Below, piece by piece: positions 1 to 8,914 of a DNA stretch of 64,000 nt. The number at the start of each line of letters is the position of its first letter. Within the stretch, counting starts at the first letter, position 1. Where the stretch lies: IMG/VR virus record IMGVR_UViG_3300003690_002850, positions 1 through 64,000 of that record; one strand, given 5' to 3'. The DNA comes from a virus. Below the pieces are notes generated by a model that did not search any database, was not told the origin of the DNA, and saw only the letters and a list, made by a program, of their open reading frames with translations. The position numbers and the translations under genes were made by a program.

Positions 1-8
1 ATGAAAGC

Positions 9-959
9 TTGCTAGAAGATCCTAATTTTCCTGATTGGGCAAAAGATCTTCTTGCAAGAGGTATGGCCCACTCGGAAGCTGAGGATGAGGAGCCTGGTTC
101 AGGTGAGATGAGTGGTGAAGATTTTAAACGGTTTGAGACGCTAATGGATTCAAGTTACTTTGACGAGGATCCCGCTGGTGAGGTGTTCGATTATGAACAA
201 GAAGAGATGGAAGATATGTTGAAAAGTCGGACTGGAGCGCCTGATAATGTGAAATGGCTTGGTTCGCACGGTCCTACTCAAGGAGGTGATGTACCAATGC
301 AAAGGAACTTGAATAAACATGAACAACCTTCAGGACAATCACGCAGTTGGCAACATATGATACCGCCCGGTGGTGATGACAATGAATTAATTGGTAATGT
401 TTTTGACTACATCATAAACCTCAAGCGTGAAGGAATTGGCTTTGATCAGCTACGTAAGATGAATTTTGAACGAGAGTTTTTACCTCAAGTCGGAAATTAT
501 GTGAGAAAGATGGTTGTGGCCCATCAAGCTTTGGGCCACGCGCATGCACAGCAATCAGCCGCAGCAGATGCTCAAAAAGCTAAAGATGAGTTACAAAAAG
601 ATCAGCTACCTAAAAGACCAGGCCAACCAGATGAATTCAGCGATGATGTAAATCCGAATGTTGAATGGTGGGCGCCATCCGATTTTGAATGGTGGGATCG
701 GCGGGATGATGTTATTGCATATCGCGATATGCATAATAGTGATAAGATCGAACAATATAAGAACATCGCTGATAAAATAATAGAGAATCCTTTTGACGAC
801 GGACTGCACCATTTTAATGGTCTAATGCTTCCCGACAAACACAAGCAGACGAATGGCTTAAGCAGTATCATAGTACAAAGGATAGTAGAAAGCCCAATCA
901 AGCACATATCAAACATCCATATGGAGCAGGTGGCCCTCAGAGTGCCTTACAAACTATGA
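9..959 (+). CDS. Acidic hypothetical protein, 5'-truncated by the window edge; probably continuous with 956..2122 via a frame break near 816-835
   Basis: Frame is open back to position 3; D/E-rich; the frame of the next ORF is open from 818 and reads as plausible protein (WSNASRQTQADEWLKQYH...). Confidence 0.6.
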   Translation: MLEDPNFPDWAKDLLARGMAHSEAEDEEPGSGEMSGEDFKRFETLMDSSYFDEDPAGEVFDYEQEEMEDMLKSRTGAPDNVKWLGSHGPTQGGDVPMQRNLNKHEQPSGQSRSWQHMIPPGGDDNELIGNVFDYIINLKREGIGFDQLRKMNFEREFLPQVGNYVRKMVVAHQALGHAHAQQSAAADAQKAKDELQKDQLPKRPGQPDEFSDDVNPNVEWWAPSDFEWWDRRDDVIAYRDMHNSDKIEQYKNIADKIIENPFDDGLHHFNGLMLPDKHKQTNGLSSIIVQRIVESPIKHISNIHMEQVALRVPYKL

Positions 960-2122
960 GTAATCGACCATCATTTAAAGAGTTCTTTGCAGACTCGCTT
1001 GAAGAAGGAATAACAGATAAAGCATTTATATTGTTGGCATGGTCTGATAGAGGAATGAGTCAAATAAAGATTACATCTGTCCCGAAAGTAGATATGCCAT
1101 CTGTGTTTTTAACTGGTCTTCGTGCATTGAACGAAGATGGAGATGAAGAAGGATTCGAAGTCATGGAACCAGAAGAGCTATCTATACAACAAGTAATAGA
1201 ACAGTCTGGTAAAATAGATGCTGACCTTACCCTCACAGATGATGATTTTCTGGCAATACGACAAGATCTTAATGGGATAAAAGCCGCTCTTGATCAAGAA
1301 GCATTTGAGGATGAAGATAGAGAAAATGTTACTAAGGTACTTACCAAGATAATTGACGACGGAGTAGCAGACTATTTTGAATTTCAACACGGTAATCATA
1401 TGGAAGAAGAGCCTGATGTGATCTTCTTTCCAACAGATCCAAATAAGTGGTGGGATGTTAAGGCAACTGATCATGTCGACACTCTGATTAAGCAACGCAT
1501 CCGTCAGAACTTTGGCCATGGATCGTCTGATCCGCTAATTGATACAGGCAACGAGAGTAAACACCCAACATTTAAGCAGTACTTTAATGAGGCAGGAAGT
1601 GATCGTCCCAGTCGGTTTATCAAGCCCTCTAAAGCAAAATCTGCCAAAGTTGGGCTCGGCCTCCGCTCCAGCGTGCTCCCGCCCGCTGTAGCAGCAGTAT
1701 TACATGATGAACTGGCTGTGAAAAAATTACATGATGATAATAATGGTAGTGCTTCAGAAGTAGCTCGACAACTAAGTGCACAATTGAACACCACGGTTCA
1801 CATATCCGCCGTTGCAAGGTATTTTAAAAAATACGGTTTACCGGTGTTTCAGTCTGGACTTGGCTTGCCCCGGAAAGGTTATCGAGTCTCCGACGATGCC
1901 GACTTGCAGATTCGAACAAGACAAATATTAAGAGATCCCGTTCAATTAAAATACTACCATGATAAACATCAAGGAAATGCTGCTGCTGTGGGTAGAGAAA
2001 TAGGACGCGCAAGAGATACTGGTATACCAGGCAATGTAGGTGCAGCACATCAGACTTTCCCAGGATCGTCTCAAACTGTAAAGACTAATCTACCAGGACC
2101 AAGAAGAGGTAAAGGACATTAA
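956..2122 (+). CDS. Acidic putative internal head protein with two C-terminal HTH-like repeats
   Basis: SFKEFF..LEE and TFKQYFNEA motifs resemble the T4 capsid-targeting sequence; repeats LHDDNNGSASEVARQL and YHDKHQGNAAAVGREI look HTH-like. Confidence 0.55.
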   Translation: MSNRPSFKEFFADSLEEGITDKAFILLAWSDRGMSQIKITSVPKVDMPSVFLTGLRALNEDGDEEGFEVMEPEELSIQQVIEQSGKIDADLTLTDDDFLAIRQDLNGIKAALDQEAFEDEDRENVTKVLTKIIDDGVADYFEFQHGNHMEEEPDVIFFPTDPNKWWDVKATDHVDTLIKQRIRQNFGHGSSDPLIDTGNESKHPTFKQYFNEAGSDRPSRFIKPSKAKSAKVGLGLRSSVLPPAVAAVLHDELAVKKLHDDNNGSASEVARQLSAQLNTTVHISAVARYFKKYGLPVFQSGLGLPRKGYRVSDDADLQIRTRQILRDPVQLKYYHDKHQGNAAAVGREIGRARDTGIPGNVGAAHQTFPGSSQTVKTNLPGPRRGKGH

Positions 2123-2140
2123 AAGGAATAAATAATTAAT

Positions 2141-2449
2141 ATGAGCGAGCTTAGCAATGCAGTATCACCGACGTTTAATAAGACGATTAAACGTTTATCT
2201 GAAAGTGATGCTTTATCGATAGCTAATAGCCATATGGTAAGTACAAAGACCTCTGGGCTTGGTACTCCTCAACTACATATACTAGATGCAGCAGATGGTG
2301 ACTCTGGTGTAGTAGAATATCCAAATGAACAATATGGTGGATCAACAGTAGTAGTTGTCAAGGATGGTGAAGTTATCTGGTCTGGCCTATCTTATGAAGG
2401 AATAAGTAATATTGGTCAAGATGCAGAGCGTAGTATTGGGAATAGATAA
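2141..2449 (+). CDS. Hypothetical protein (late, possible internal head protein)
   Basis: TAAATA-6nt-ATG upstream; TFNKTIKRLSE leader-like N-terminus. Confidence 0.65.
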   Translation: MSELSNAVSPTFNKTIKRLSESDALSIANSHMVSTKTSGLGTPQLHILDAADGDSGVVEYPNEQYGGSTVVVVKDGEVIWSGLSYEGISNIGQDAERSIGNR

Positions 2450-2461
2450 ATAATTAAAACA

Positions 2462-2797
2462 ATGAAAGATACAGAAGCACAACTAATGTGGGAAGCCATG
2501 CAAAAGGCGAAAAAAAGTAACGAAGAACCGATTGAAGATAATTCAACAGAAACTGTTGCTTACAGTGAGAAGCATGATACAGCTAAGTGCGATCGTTGCA
2601 ATGGCACCGGACGTCATGGTGATCAAGACTGTAAGAAGTGCGGTGGTGATGGCTGGATAGACGCTAAAGATGTTGTTAAACCATCGGGCGCGACACCACA
2701 AGAAAAACCAAAACAAAAAAATCCCGGCAAGGGTCCCGCGCGACTGAGTCGATCTCCGTACGGTGGTGCTGGTGGCGCACAACACAAATTTCTCTAA
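2462..2797 (+). CDS. MKD-leader family protein with DnaJ-type CxxCxGxG zinc finger
   Basis: N-terminus MKDTEAQLMWEAM; CDRCNGTG...CKKCGGDG. Confidence 0.75.
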   Translation: MKDTEAQLMWEAMQKAKKSNEEPIEDNSTETVAYSEKHDTAKCDRCNGTGRHGDQDCKKCGGDGWIDAKDVVKPSGATPQEKPKQKNPGKGPARLSRSPYGGAGGAQHKFL

Positions 2798-2808
2798 GGA
2801 TTAATACC

Positions 2809-3747
2809 ATGGACACACAAAACCGAACAAGTAGATCAGAGGGCTTAGATAAAATCGTAGAGTCTATGTATAGCCCTGTAACTGAGGGTAAGAGCCATAA
2901 TTGCGCCACACATGTAGAGCATTCTAAATGGGGCCACGGCGCATGTATTGCTGAGGGCCATGCTGAACCAGATGCAAATGGCAATGTAGCATGGTATAAT
3001 GTTATATTTGAACACGGTACTGAAAAAGTGAATACCGATGATGTTAAAGTAGTTAAGTCTAGCCATCATATGCACGCCAGTCATAAACCTAAGAAAAAGA
3101 AAAAGGCTAATGAGGCTAGGGATCCTAGAATTAATATATCGCGTCAGCGTGGCGAGGAGTACTTGAAGACGAAAAAGGCAGAGGCTGAAGGATGGAGGCG
3201 TTGTCCTCACAAGTGCAAGCCAGACGACAAGGGTATATATCGCATGACAGATGGTGCATTTTGTGACGAATGTGACGGAAAGGGGTATGTTCCTCAAGAT
3301 CATATCTCACCTGGCGCGCGAGGGAAGCTTGATGTGCCGAGCACTGACACTGATCGAGTCCAAGGAATGTACGCTTCTGTTAAGGTTGAAGATAATAGTC
3401 TAGATGCTTGGAATACTAAGATGCAAGGTGAGGAGGGCTTCCAGTCTGGAGATTTTGTAGATATTGAAGATCCTGATGATGAATATGCCAGTCAGGCTGA
3501 ATGGGTAGTTGTTCAAGTCGAAGGAGATGAGGTTACTGTTGCTAAAGTCGATGAGAATGATGTTCGCACATTACCTGCACAAAATGTTACAAGGACAGGT
3601 GGCGGTAGCACATCTCAAGTATCTTCAATGTTAGATGCTGCAGCAGGTGGAGACTTTATCAGCCATCTTAATTCGATCGAATTCGACGAGCGGGGCGCTG
3701 CTGCTCTTGTTGAATGGTTAGCACGATATAACTTAGGCGCATCCTGA
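2809..3747 (+). CDS. Modular phage protein: His/Cys-rich domain, CxxCxGxG zinc finger, SH3-like module
   Basis: HNCATHVEH..WGHG.CI..H...WYNVIFEHG; CDECDGKG; GDFVDIED...WVVVQVEGDEVTV. Confidence 0.7.
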   Translation: MDTQNRTSRSEGLDKIVESMYSPVTEGKSHNCATHVEHSKWGHGACIAEGHAEPDANGNVAWYNVIFEHGTEKVNTDDVKVVKSSHHMHASHKPKKKKKANEARDPRINISRQRGEEYLKTKKAEAEGWRRCPHKCKPDDKGIYRMTDGAFCDECDGKGYVPQDHISPGARGKLDVPSTDTDRVQGMYASVKVEDNSLDAWNTKMQGEEGFQSGDFVDIEDPDDEYASQAEWVVVQVEGDEVTVAKVDENDVRTLPAQNVTRTGGGSTSQVSSMLDAAAGGDFISHLNSIEFDERGAAALVEWLARYNLGAS

Positions 3748-3754
3748 TAATACA

Positions 3755-4225
3755 ATGAAAGATAATGACGCACAACTAATGATGGAAGCTTTGAGAGACA
3801 ACGACCGCTGGGATGCCCGGCGCGGACGCGATGATGGGAGCGGAGCAGAACATGCCAAGGCTGTACAATGGACTAAAGATATCAAAGCCAAACTTGCACA
3901 AGCGCAGGAGGTCGGTGACTCGAAAGAAGCAAATAAGCTTCAACGTTATCTCGACATGCATGGTATTGACGAAGATGGAGGTGCCCAACAGTTTGATCCT
4001 GGTATACATGGACCATTAGACAGAGTCTCCGTTCTAGTCATAGGTAAAATAAGTGACTTTAAAGATAAATCAATCGACGATCTTATCTATTCATCTATAG
4101 AAGATGTTGAGTCTGAAATGGGTGATGACCCGTCAGCCAAACACGATCTTAATCAACTTGATGTCAATAGTAAGGTTAAAGATTTAATCATTGATAGTCT
4201 CCATCAGCTAGTCTATGGAAAATAA
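3755..4225 (+). CDS. MKD-leader family protein
   Basis: N-terminus MKDNDAQLMMEAL; tightly packed in tandem with its neighbours. Confidence 0.75.
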   Translation: MKDNDAQLMMEALRDNDRWDARRGRDDGSGAEHAKAVQWTKDIKAKLAQAQEVGDSKEANKLQRYLDMHGIDEDGGAQQFDPGIHGPLDRVSVLVIGKISDFKDKSIDDLIYSSIEDVESEMGDDPSAKHDLNQLDVNSKVKDLIIDSLHQLVYGK

Positions 4226-4231
4226 AAATCT

Positions 4232-4816
4232 ATGAAGGATAAAGACGCACACCTAATGATGGAAGCCTTAAAAGAGGCGACGCTAGATAAGTGGCCAACC
4301 GATATTGCACCAGGCGAGCGTAGCGCACCCGGGACTCAACCAAACTCTGCTGTTGGTGCTCGTGTCAGATTTAAATCTATTTTTCTTTGGAACTTAGCTA
4401 CTGCAGAGCATAATGCTAAGAAATCACCGAAAGTTGTTATTGCAGATAATGGTGAGACTGTTATGGTAAGTAATGCAGGGCCACGTGACGAGGACTTCTT
4501 AACTAAATACCCGGCTGAAGGTCCGTTTGAGAAATCTGAATTCTTTTTAATGACTGATGATGAAAAATACGATGGAGAAGCGGCAAACAGCCAATATGAA
4601 CGTTTCTTTCCTCCAGAATCTACGGCAGCAGCTTTTGAGGCTGAGTTTCAGGCCAAGCGAAAGGAGTACTATCGTAACAAGGAGTACTGGGCCGATTACC
4701 AGCAGAAACAATCATACAAAGATCAGGGGGCAAAGGATAAAATGGCCGACAAGAAGCGCGCTGGAATGACTCACTGGCCCTCCGACGTCGATACCGGCGT
4801 CGGTACACCGGTCTAG
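4232..4816 (+). CDS. MKD-leader family protein
   Basis: N-terminus MKDKDAHLMMEAL. Confidence 0.75.
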   Translation: MKDKDAHLMMEALKEATLDKWPTDIAPGERSAPGTQPNSAVGARVRFKSIFLWNLATAEHNAKKSPKVVIADNGETVMVSNAGPRDEDFLTKYPAEGPFEKSEFFLMTDDEKYDGEAANSQYERFFPPESTAAAFEAEFQAKRKEYYRNKEYWADYQQKQSYKDQGAKDKMADKKRAGMTHWPSDVDTGVGTPV

Positions 4817-4819
4817 ATC

Positions 4820-5212
4820 ATGAGAGATAAAGACGCACAACTAATGATGGAAGCGTACTTGCACGAGGATCTGAAGATCGATCCTAAGACACAAGAACCA
4901 CAACCGGTTGGGTTATCTGGTGCAGGACTTACTTCATGGATTACCACTACAAAACATCTAAAAGAATTTACTCATAAGTGGATGGATGAGCATAAAGAAA
5001 GGATAAAATATCTTAATGAAGATGAAGTCCAGGTATTAGTTTTAGCTGCATATAAAGAAGAATACCCATCACTGTGGCGAACAGTAACTGATGAAGTGAA
5101 AATATGGGTGCGATGGTTCATACAAACTATTATATGGATATTCATGACTGTTGGAAAAAAACAGCAGGATTTTAAGGATATTGGTAATACAGGAGAAGAC
5201 AATGTTAGATAG
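4820..5212 (+). CDS. MKD-leader family protein
   Basis: N-terminus MRDKDAQLMMEAY. Confidence 0.75.
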   Translation: MRDKDAQLMMEAYLHEDLKIDPKTQEPQPVGLSGAGLTSWITTTKHLKEFTHKWMDEHKERIKYLNEDEVQVLVLAAYKEEYPSLWRTVTDEVKIWVRWFIQTIIWIFMTVGKKQQDFKDIGNTGEDNVR

Positions 5213-5531
5213 AGAACAAGATAAAGCAATTAATGAGGCTATGAGGCGATTGGATGAAGCTCTTCCTGGGTTTAGTACTGATAATCCACGGGATAAAGAA
5301 GATTACGTGGCTGCAATGGTTGCCAATCATGCTCCTAAGTTACATCAGGTATTAAAAGGAAAAGACCCTGACAAAGACTTCGATGTTATTAAAGGTGAAA
5401 TATTAAGATGGTCTACAACTAAAAATCTTGATCATGCCGCTGCTGTACAAACTGTACTGCTTAATCGGATTCTACAATTGTTAGATCGGGATAAAGGTCA
5501 ACCTGATCCTGGTATTACCCAATGGCGGTAG
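5202..5531 (+). CDS. Hypothetical protein with divergent leader (MLDREQDKAINEAM)
   Basis: ATG at 5202 overlaps the previous gene end and is preceded by AGGAG; D-x-x-I-N-E-A resembles the family leader. Confidence 0.65.
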   Translation: MLDREQDKAINEAMRRLDEALPGFSTDNPRDKEDYVAAMVANHAPKLHQVLKGKDPDKDFDVIKGEILRWSTTKNLDHAAAVQTVLLNRILQLLDRDKGQPDPGITQWR

Positions 5532-5537
5532 ATTAAA

Positions 5538-5654
5538 ATGGATACTTATAAGGCGACGAAGCCGACGTTAGACGAACTAGAAAAACAGATAAAGAAGCTC
5601 CGGTTTATTGATATAAGAGATAATCCGTGGAGTATCTTATACATGTTTATATAA
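5538..5654 (+). CDS. Small hypothetical protein (38 aa), not in the ORF track
   Basis: MDTYKATKPTLDELEKQIKKLRFIDIRDNPWSILYMFI* fills the intergenic gap. Confidence 0.4.
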   Translation: MDTYKATKPTLDELEKQIKKLRFIDIRDNPWSILYMFI

Positions 5655-5664
5655 ATATATATAG

Positions 5665-6126
5665 ATGAAGGCATTTAAAGAATATTTCCGGCAACTTCCG
5701 GCCATCAAGGAGAAATTAAGTCCTGATGCATCCTTTAATTACCGTTCATCGCGATCTGATCTGCCACCTGTAGAGCCTTCACAGCCAGACGAACGCCCAG
5801 CGTCGCAAGTTAAAGTGTCATTCGAAGCACTTAAGTTGTTAAATGCTTATACGGCTCAAATTGGGGAGTCGCCTGACCGAGCTCGACAAAACGTCGAGGA
5901 CACAGCGTTTGGCTGGGAAACTGCCTTTAAAGATCTTGTTGTAGCCCATCTTATTAAGATGCGAACTGCTAGTAGTGATGTGGGAACTGGATCGGCACAG
6001 GCTGATAGTCTATCGCGCGACTACATTACACAAGTATTAGCTATTATAGATCCACCAGAAGATGAATTTGGTCAAGCAGGTTCAGAGCCAGTTGGTCCAG
6101 ACGATCTCGTAGGAGCTCCAGCATAA
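5665..6126 (+). CDS. Putative internal head protein
   Basis: TATAAATA upstream; MKAFKEYF...IKE resembles T4 CTS MKTYQEFIAE. Confidence 0.65.
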   Translation: MKAFKEYFRQLPAIKEKLSPDASFNYRSSRSDLPPVEPSQPDERPASQVKVSFEALKLLNAYTAQIGESPDRARQNVEDTAFGWETAFKDLVVAHLIKMRTASSDVGTGSAQADSLSRDYITQVLAIIDPPEDEFGQAGSEPVGPDDLVGAPA

Positions 6127-6162
6127 AGATAGAACTTTAACAACTTCCCGATAAATACATAT

Positions 6163-6363
6163 ATGAATATTCATGATGCAGAGACGATGCTGAAGACCTT
6201 GTCAAAATCGACTAAAGGTAAGATAGGTGAACAAGTACTCGGTGCACCGGTACCTAACCCCAATGAGATATGGGCCACTGTAGTAGCTATTAATAGTAAA
6301 TTAGCTGTTCTTCAGGAATCCTTTAAAGAATTAGAGAAGAATCAGACAGCTCCGTCATTTTGA
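6163..6363 (+). CDS. Hypothetical protein
   Basis: TAAATA-5nt-ATG; 66-aa ORF. Confidence 0.6.
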   Translation: MNIHDAETMLKTLSKSTKGKIGEQVLGAPVPNPNEIWATVVAINSKLAVLQESFKELEKNQTAPSF

Positions 6364-6397
6364 AGATAGGAATTGCTCTTCTCCGTAACGTTATTAG

Positions 6398-6425
6398 TTG
6401 ACTTCTTCTAGTGCTATGCTATAAT
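6398..6425 (+). promoter_or_regulatory. sigma70-type early promoter with extended -10
   Basis: TTGACT-16nt-TATAAT with TG extension; ATG 7 nt downstream. Confidence 0.75.
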
Positions 6426-6432
6426 ATACTCT

Positions 6433-6675
6433 ATGAACGCAAAGACATATGCACAATCCCAGTTGGATTTCGTAGGTGGTAATCGCGCGTCCTGGTTCAA
6501 GGATAACGCTCGATCGCGTCGTGTGACGGTGGAGATGACCCGCCAGCCAAACGGCGACTATTACATCAACTCAGCTAAGGCTAACTACAATGTAGGTGGC
6601 TCTAAGACTCAGGTTGGAGTTAACAATCGTAACCTACGCTACGAGCTTCTCACTAGCAATATCACAACTGGTTAA
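6433..6675 (+). CDS. Early hypothetical protein (monocistronic cassette)
   Basis: Has its own promoter and terminator. Confidence 0.7.
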   Translation: MNAKTYAQSQLDFVGGNRASWFKDNARSRRVTVEMTRQPNGDYYINSAKANYNVGGSKTQVGVNNRNLRYELLTSNITTG

Positions 6676-6698
6676 ACAATAATCGTAAGATTATCAGC

Positions 6699-6728
6699 AA
6701 GAGTATGGAGAAATCCATACTCTTTTTT
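6699..6728 (+). terminator. Rho-independent terminator
   Basis: AAGAGTATGGA-GAAA-TCCATACTCTT followed by a T run. Confidence 0.8.
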
Positions 6729-6746
6729 ATTAAATATTTTAAAGCC

Positions 6747-7037
6747 ATGAGAGATAAAGACGCATATCTAATGATGGAAGCTTATAGTTCTAAGAAGTTA
6801 GATGAACAGCTGAATTCAGACTTTAGCTCATTAGGCAATGATGTCGACGGTATACCTGTCGATCAAGGTCACATAGTTCAATTAGTCAATAGTCCGGATC
6901 CTGAAAAGCAATACATTGTTTATGGAGCAGCTGCTGCTGGACCAAATGATGAAGCTATGGTAGATATAATCGAACTAGGGAAAGACATCAGCTTACCGAC
7001 GCAAAGATTAAAAGTTATAGGTGAATTAGGCGGATAA
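6747..7037 (+). CDS. MKD-leader family protein with SH3-like module
   Basis: True start probably 6747 (MRDKDAYLMMEAY) after TAAATA; the track start at 6705 lies inside the terminator. Confidence 0.75.
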   Translation: MRDKDAYLMMEAYSSKKLDEQLNSDFSSLGNDVDGIPVDQGHIVQLVNSPDPEKQYIVYGAAAAGPNDEAMVDIIELGKDISLPTQRLKVIGELGG

Positions 7038-7252
7038 AAGTTATACTTTCTCCCGAAAAGTATATGAATTCTAGGATTTATTGAATCACTGATAATTATT
7101 AAACCATTGAGAATTAATAAGATAGCGCATATTCTGTGCAGATTTATACAAAAATACTAGAAAGATCAGAATTTACTAACGGCCACAGCAACAATTTCTA
7201 TCAATGTCTTCGGAGTAAAGGAAAGTAAAGTGAAAATAACCGGAGAAAGGTG

Positions 7253-7281
7253 TTGCCAGATCCCCGAAAAGTTCCGATAAT
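7253..7281 (+). promoter_or_regulatory. Putative sigma70-type promoter
   Basis: TTGCCA-17nt-GATAAT, GTG start 9 nt downstream. Confidence 0.5.
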
Positions 7282-7290
7282 ATAGGCGTT

Positions 7291-7734
7291 GTGAGTGAGA
7301 TAGATAAGAAGATCGCAGAGGCAAAGAGGTGGGGTATCCAGCTCGGGATTGAGATAGGCATGAAGCGCGCAGGTGAGCTGATGGCTCGCGAGCTGCACAA
7401 CTTCAAGTTTCCAGAGGGTAAGATAGCTCATGAGGATGATGCGCTCAAACAATATGAGCCGAAGGATGATTCGACATTCGAATTCTCGTATCAGACATAC
7501 ACCGAGCGGGTGATGGCGAAGGAAGCGGCACGTCGCGTGAGAGGTGAGCGTGAGGATGCACAACGCAATGTGAGACGCCGCCGATCGAATCGCATGGTTG
7601 CTAAGAACCGTAAGCGCCGGACGGCAAGTAAGCCGAATGGGACGATATCACCTCCGGTTGACTTTTCTAAGATCGATGATGATCACGGCTATGATGAGCT
7701 CTTAGCTGAAGAAGGTATTTACGTTAAGGAATAA
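7291..7734 (+). CDS. Early hypothetical protein with Arg-rich segment
   Basis: 147-aa ORF, GC-richer codons, upstream promoter. Confidence 0.7.
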   Translation: MSEIDKKIAEAKRWGIQLGIEIGMKRAGELMARELHNFKFPEGKIAHEDDALKQYEPKDDSTFEFSYQTYTERVMAKEAARRVRGEREDAQRNVRRRRSNRMVAKNRKRRTASKPNGTISPPVDFSKIDDDHGYDELLAEEGIYVKE

Positions 7735-7737
7735 GTA

Positions 7738-7765
7738 TTGACATTAGCTCCGGATACACTATAAT
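7738..7765 (+). promoter_or_regulatory. Consensus sigma70 promoter
   Basis: TTGACA-16nt-TATAAT. Confidence 0.8.
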
Positions 7766-7772
7766 TATGGCA

Positions 7773-7913
7773 ATGGAAGAGATGAAAATGACAGAGAAGC
7801 AGACACAGAAGCTTAAGGATTGGAAGCGCTGGGGTCTGATGATGAAGCTCCTCAAAGCGATACACAGGGAGATTGAGCCTAGGAAGAAATTTTTACACGA
7901 TGCTATCAACTAA
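7773..7913 (+). CDS. Small early protein (46 aa), not in the ORF track
   Basis: MEEMKMTEKQTQKLKDWKRWGLMMKLLKAIHREIEPRKKFLHDAIN*; ATG 7 nt after TATAAT. Confidence 0.55.
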   Translation: MEEMKMTEKQTQKLKDWKRWGLMMKLLKAIHREIEPRKKFLHDAIN

Positions 7914-7971
7914 AGAACAATTTATACCACACGGTCTAGGCAGATTTGCTACAACCCCTAAGAAGAATATT

Positions 7972-8439
7972 ATGAGTACGAAGAGTAAGAAGAACCCCGC
8001 CCCGGTACTGGCATGTATCATTACTGGCCAAGCGCGGAAGACATCCCACAACTACTTGAATGATAAGGCCAAGCGCCTTGGAGTCGGTAGTGATTGGTTG
8101 CTTAACAATTATGTGAGCAAGTTCGTTTGTAGTCAACTGCGCGCTGGTAAAGCGCTTAGTGACCTTCAGACGACAGATCGAGAGATCACAGATCAGCTGC
8201 TGACCGATCTGGTTAGGAAGAACTCTAAGAGCCGAGTGACTAATTTCTGGTTTAAGAATGGAGTTTATCAGACGGCTAAGCCCACCCCAAAGAAGGTCAA
8301 TAAGACAGAGCCTACTGTTGATGTTGAGTCACTTACTGCAAAGGTAAATGAAGAGCAAGCTGAGGCTGCAACGGTCCCAGCGCCTGCTAAGGTTGCATCC
8401 TTTGATGAGGTGTTAGATGAGCTGACCCAGCTGAGTTAA
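7972..8439 (+). CDS. Early hypothetical protein
   Basis: Likely start MSTKSKKNPAP at 7972; LACIITG motif; AAG/GAG-rich codons. Confidence 0.7.
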   Translation: MSTKSKKNPAPVLACIITGQARKTSHNYLNDKAKRLGVGSDWLLNNYVSKFVCSQLRAGKALSDLQTTDREITDQLLTDLVRKNSKSRVTNFWFKNGVYQTAKPTPKKVNKTEPTVDVESLTAKVNEEQAEAATVPAPAKVASFDEVLDELTQLS

Positions 8440-8457
8440 CCCACGCACAACACGTAA

Positions 8458-8491
8458 GGGGTGGGAGAGTAATAGGTAGCTCTCCTATCCC
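8458..8491 (+). terminator. 13-bp stem-loop after early operon (putative terminator or stabiliser)
   Basis: GGGGTGGGAGAGT / GCTCTCCTATCCC pairing with G-U pairs; no clear U tract. Confidence 0.45.
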
Positions 8492-8596
8492 TCTCTCTCA
8501 CACTTAAGTACGAGTATCTGGATAATATAGAGTATACTGGGAAACAGGTCTGAACAGGTCTGCAGCGCATGCTAAATTATTTTTCAAAATCATTTT

Positions 8597-8624
8597 TTGC
8601 AATTATCAATCGAGATATTATAAT
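8597..8624 (+). promoter_or_regulatory. sigma70-type promoter
   Basis: TTGCAA-16nt-TATAAT, ATG 9 nt downstream. Confidence 0.6.
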
Positions 8625-8633
8625 AAGATTTAT

Positions 8634-8906
8634 ATGAAAGATCGATACTACACAGTCGAGCATTTCTGTCAAGGTCACCGTGCACCTCCGCGATGCCGTG
8701 CACTCACTGGAGCCGACTATCCTGTTATAACAAAGACTGAGACTATATTTCATGAAAAAGAGTATGGTGATAAAACATTATCATTAGCCATAGAGAAAGC
8801 TAAACAAAACCATACTACTGTATTTGATCACAATGGAAATGATATCTGGAACTGGGACGACTGGATAATTTCATTAGCTACTAGCCCTAAACATAAATTA
8901 GCATAA
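8634..8906 (+). CDS. Hypothetical protein
   Basis: 90-aa ORF after a promoter. Confidence 0.6.
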   Translation: MKDRYYTVEHFCQGHRAPPRCRALTGADYPVITKTETIFHEKEYGDKTLSLAIEKAKQNHTTVFDHNGNDIWNWDDWIISLATSPKHKLA

Positions 8907-8914
8907 ATTATTAT

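Noticed and set aside
2462-6782. The ~36-bp repeats as CRISPR repeats or integron attC sites
   Set aside because: They coincide exactly with start codons, vary synonymously, are not palindromic and are separated by whole genes; no integrase in the window.
7038-7250. Non-coding gap with a weak hairpin and an imperfect palindrome (TAAACCATTGAGAATTAATAAGATA, 7100-7124) as origin, operator or ncRNA
   Set aside because: Single degenerate copy in AT-rich sequence; no iterons or convincing structure.
8543-8562. Tandem AACAGGTCTG direct repeat in intergenic DNA
   Set aside because: Only two 10-bp copies and not noticed elsewhere; cannot be assigned a function.
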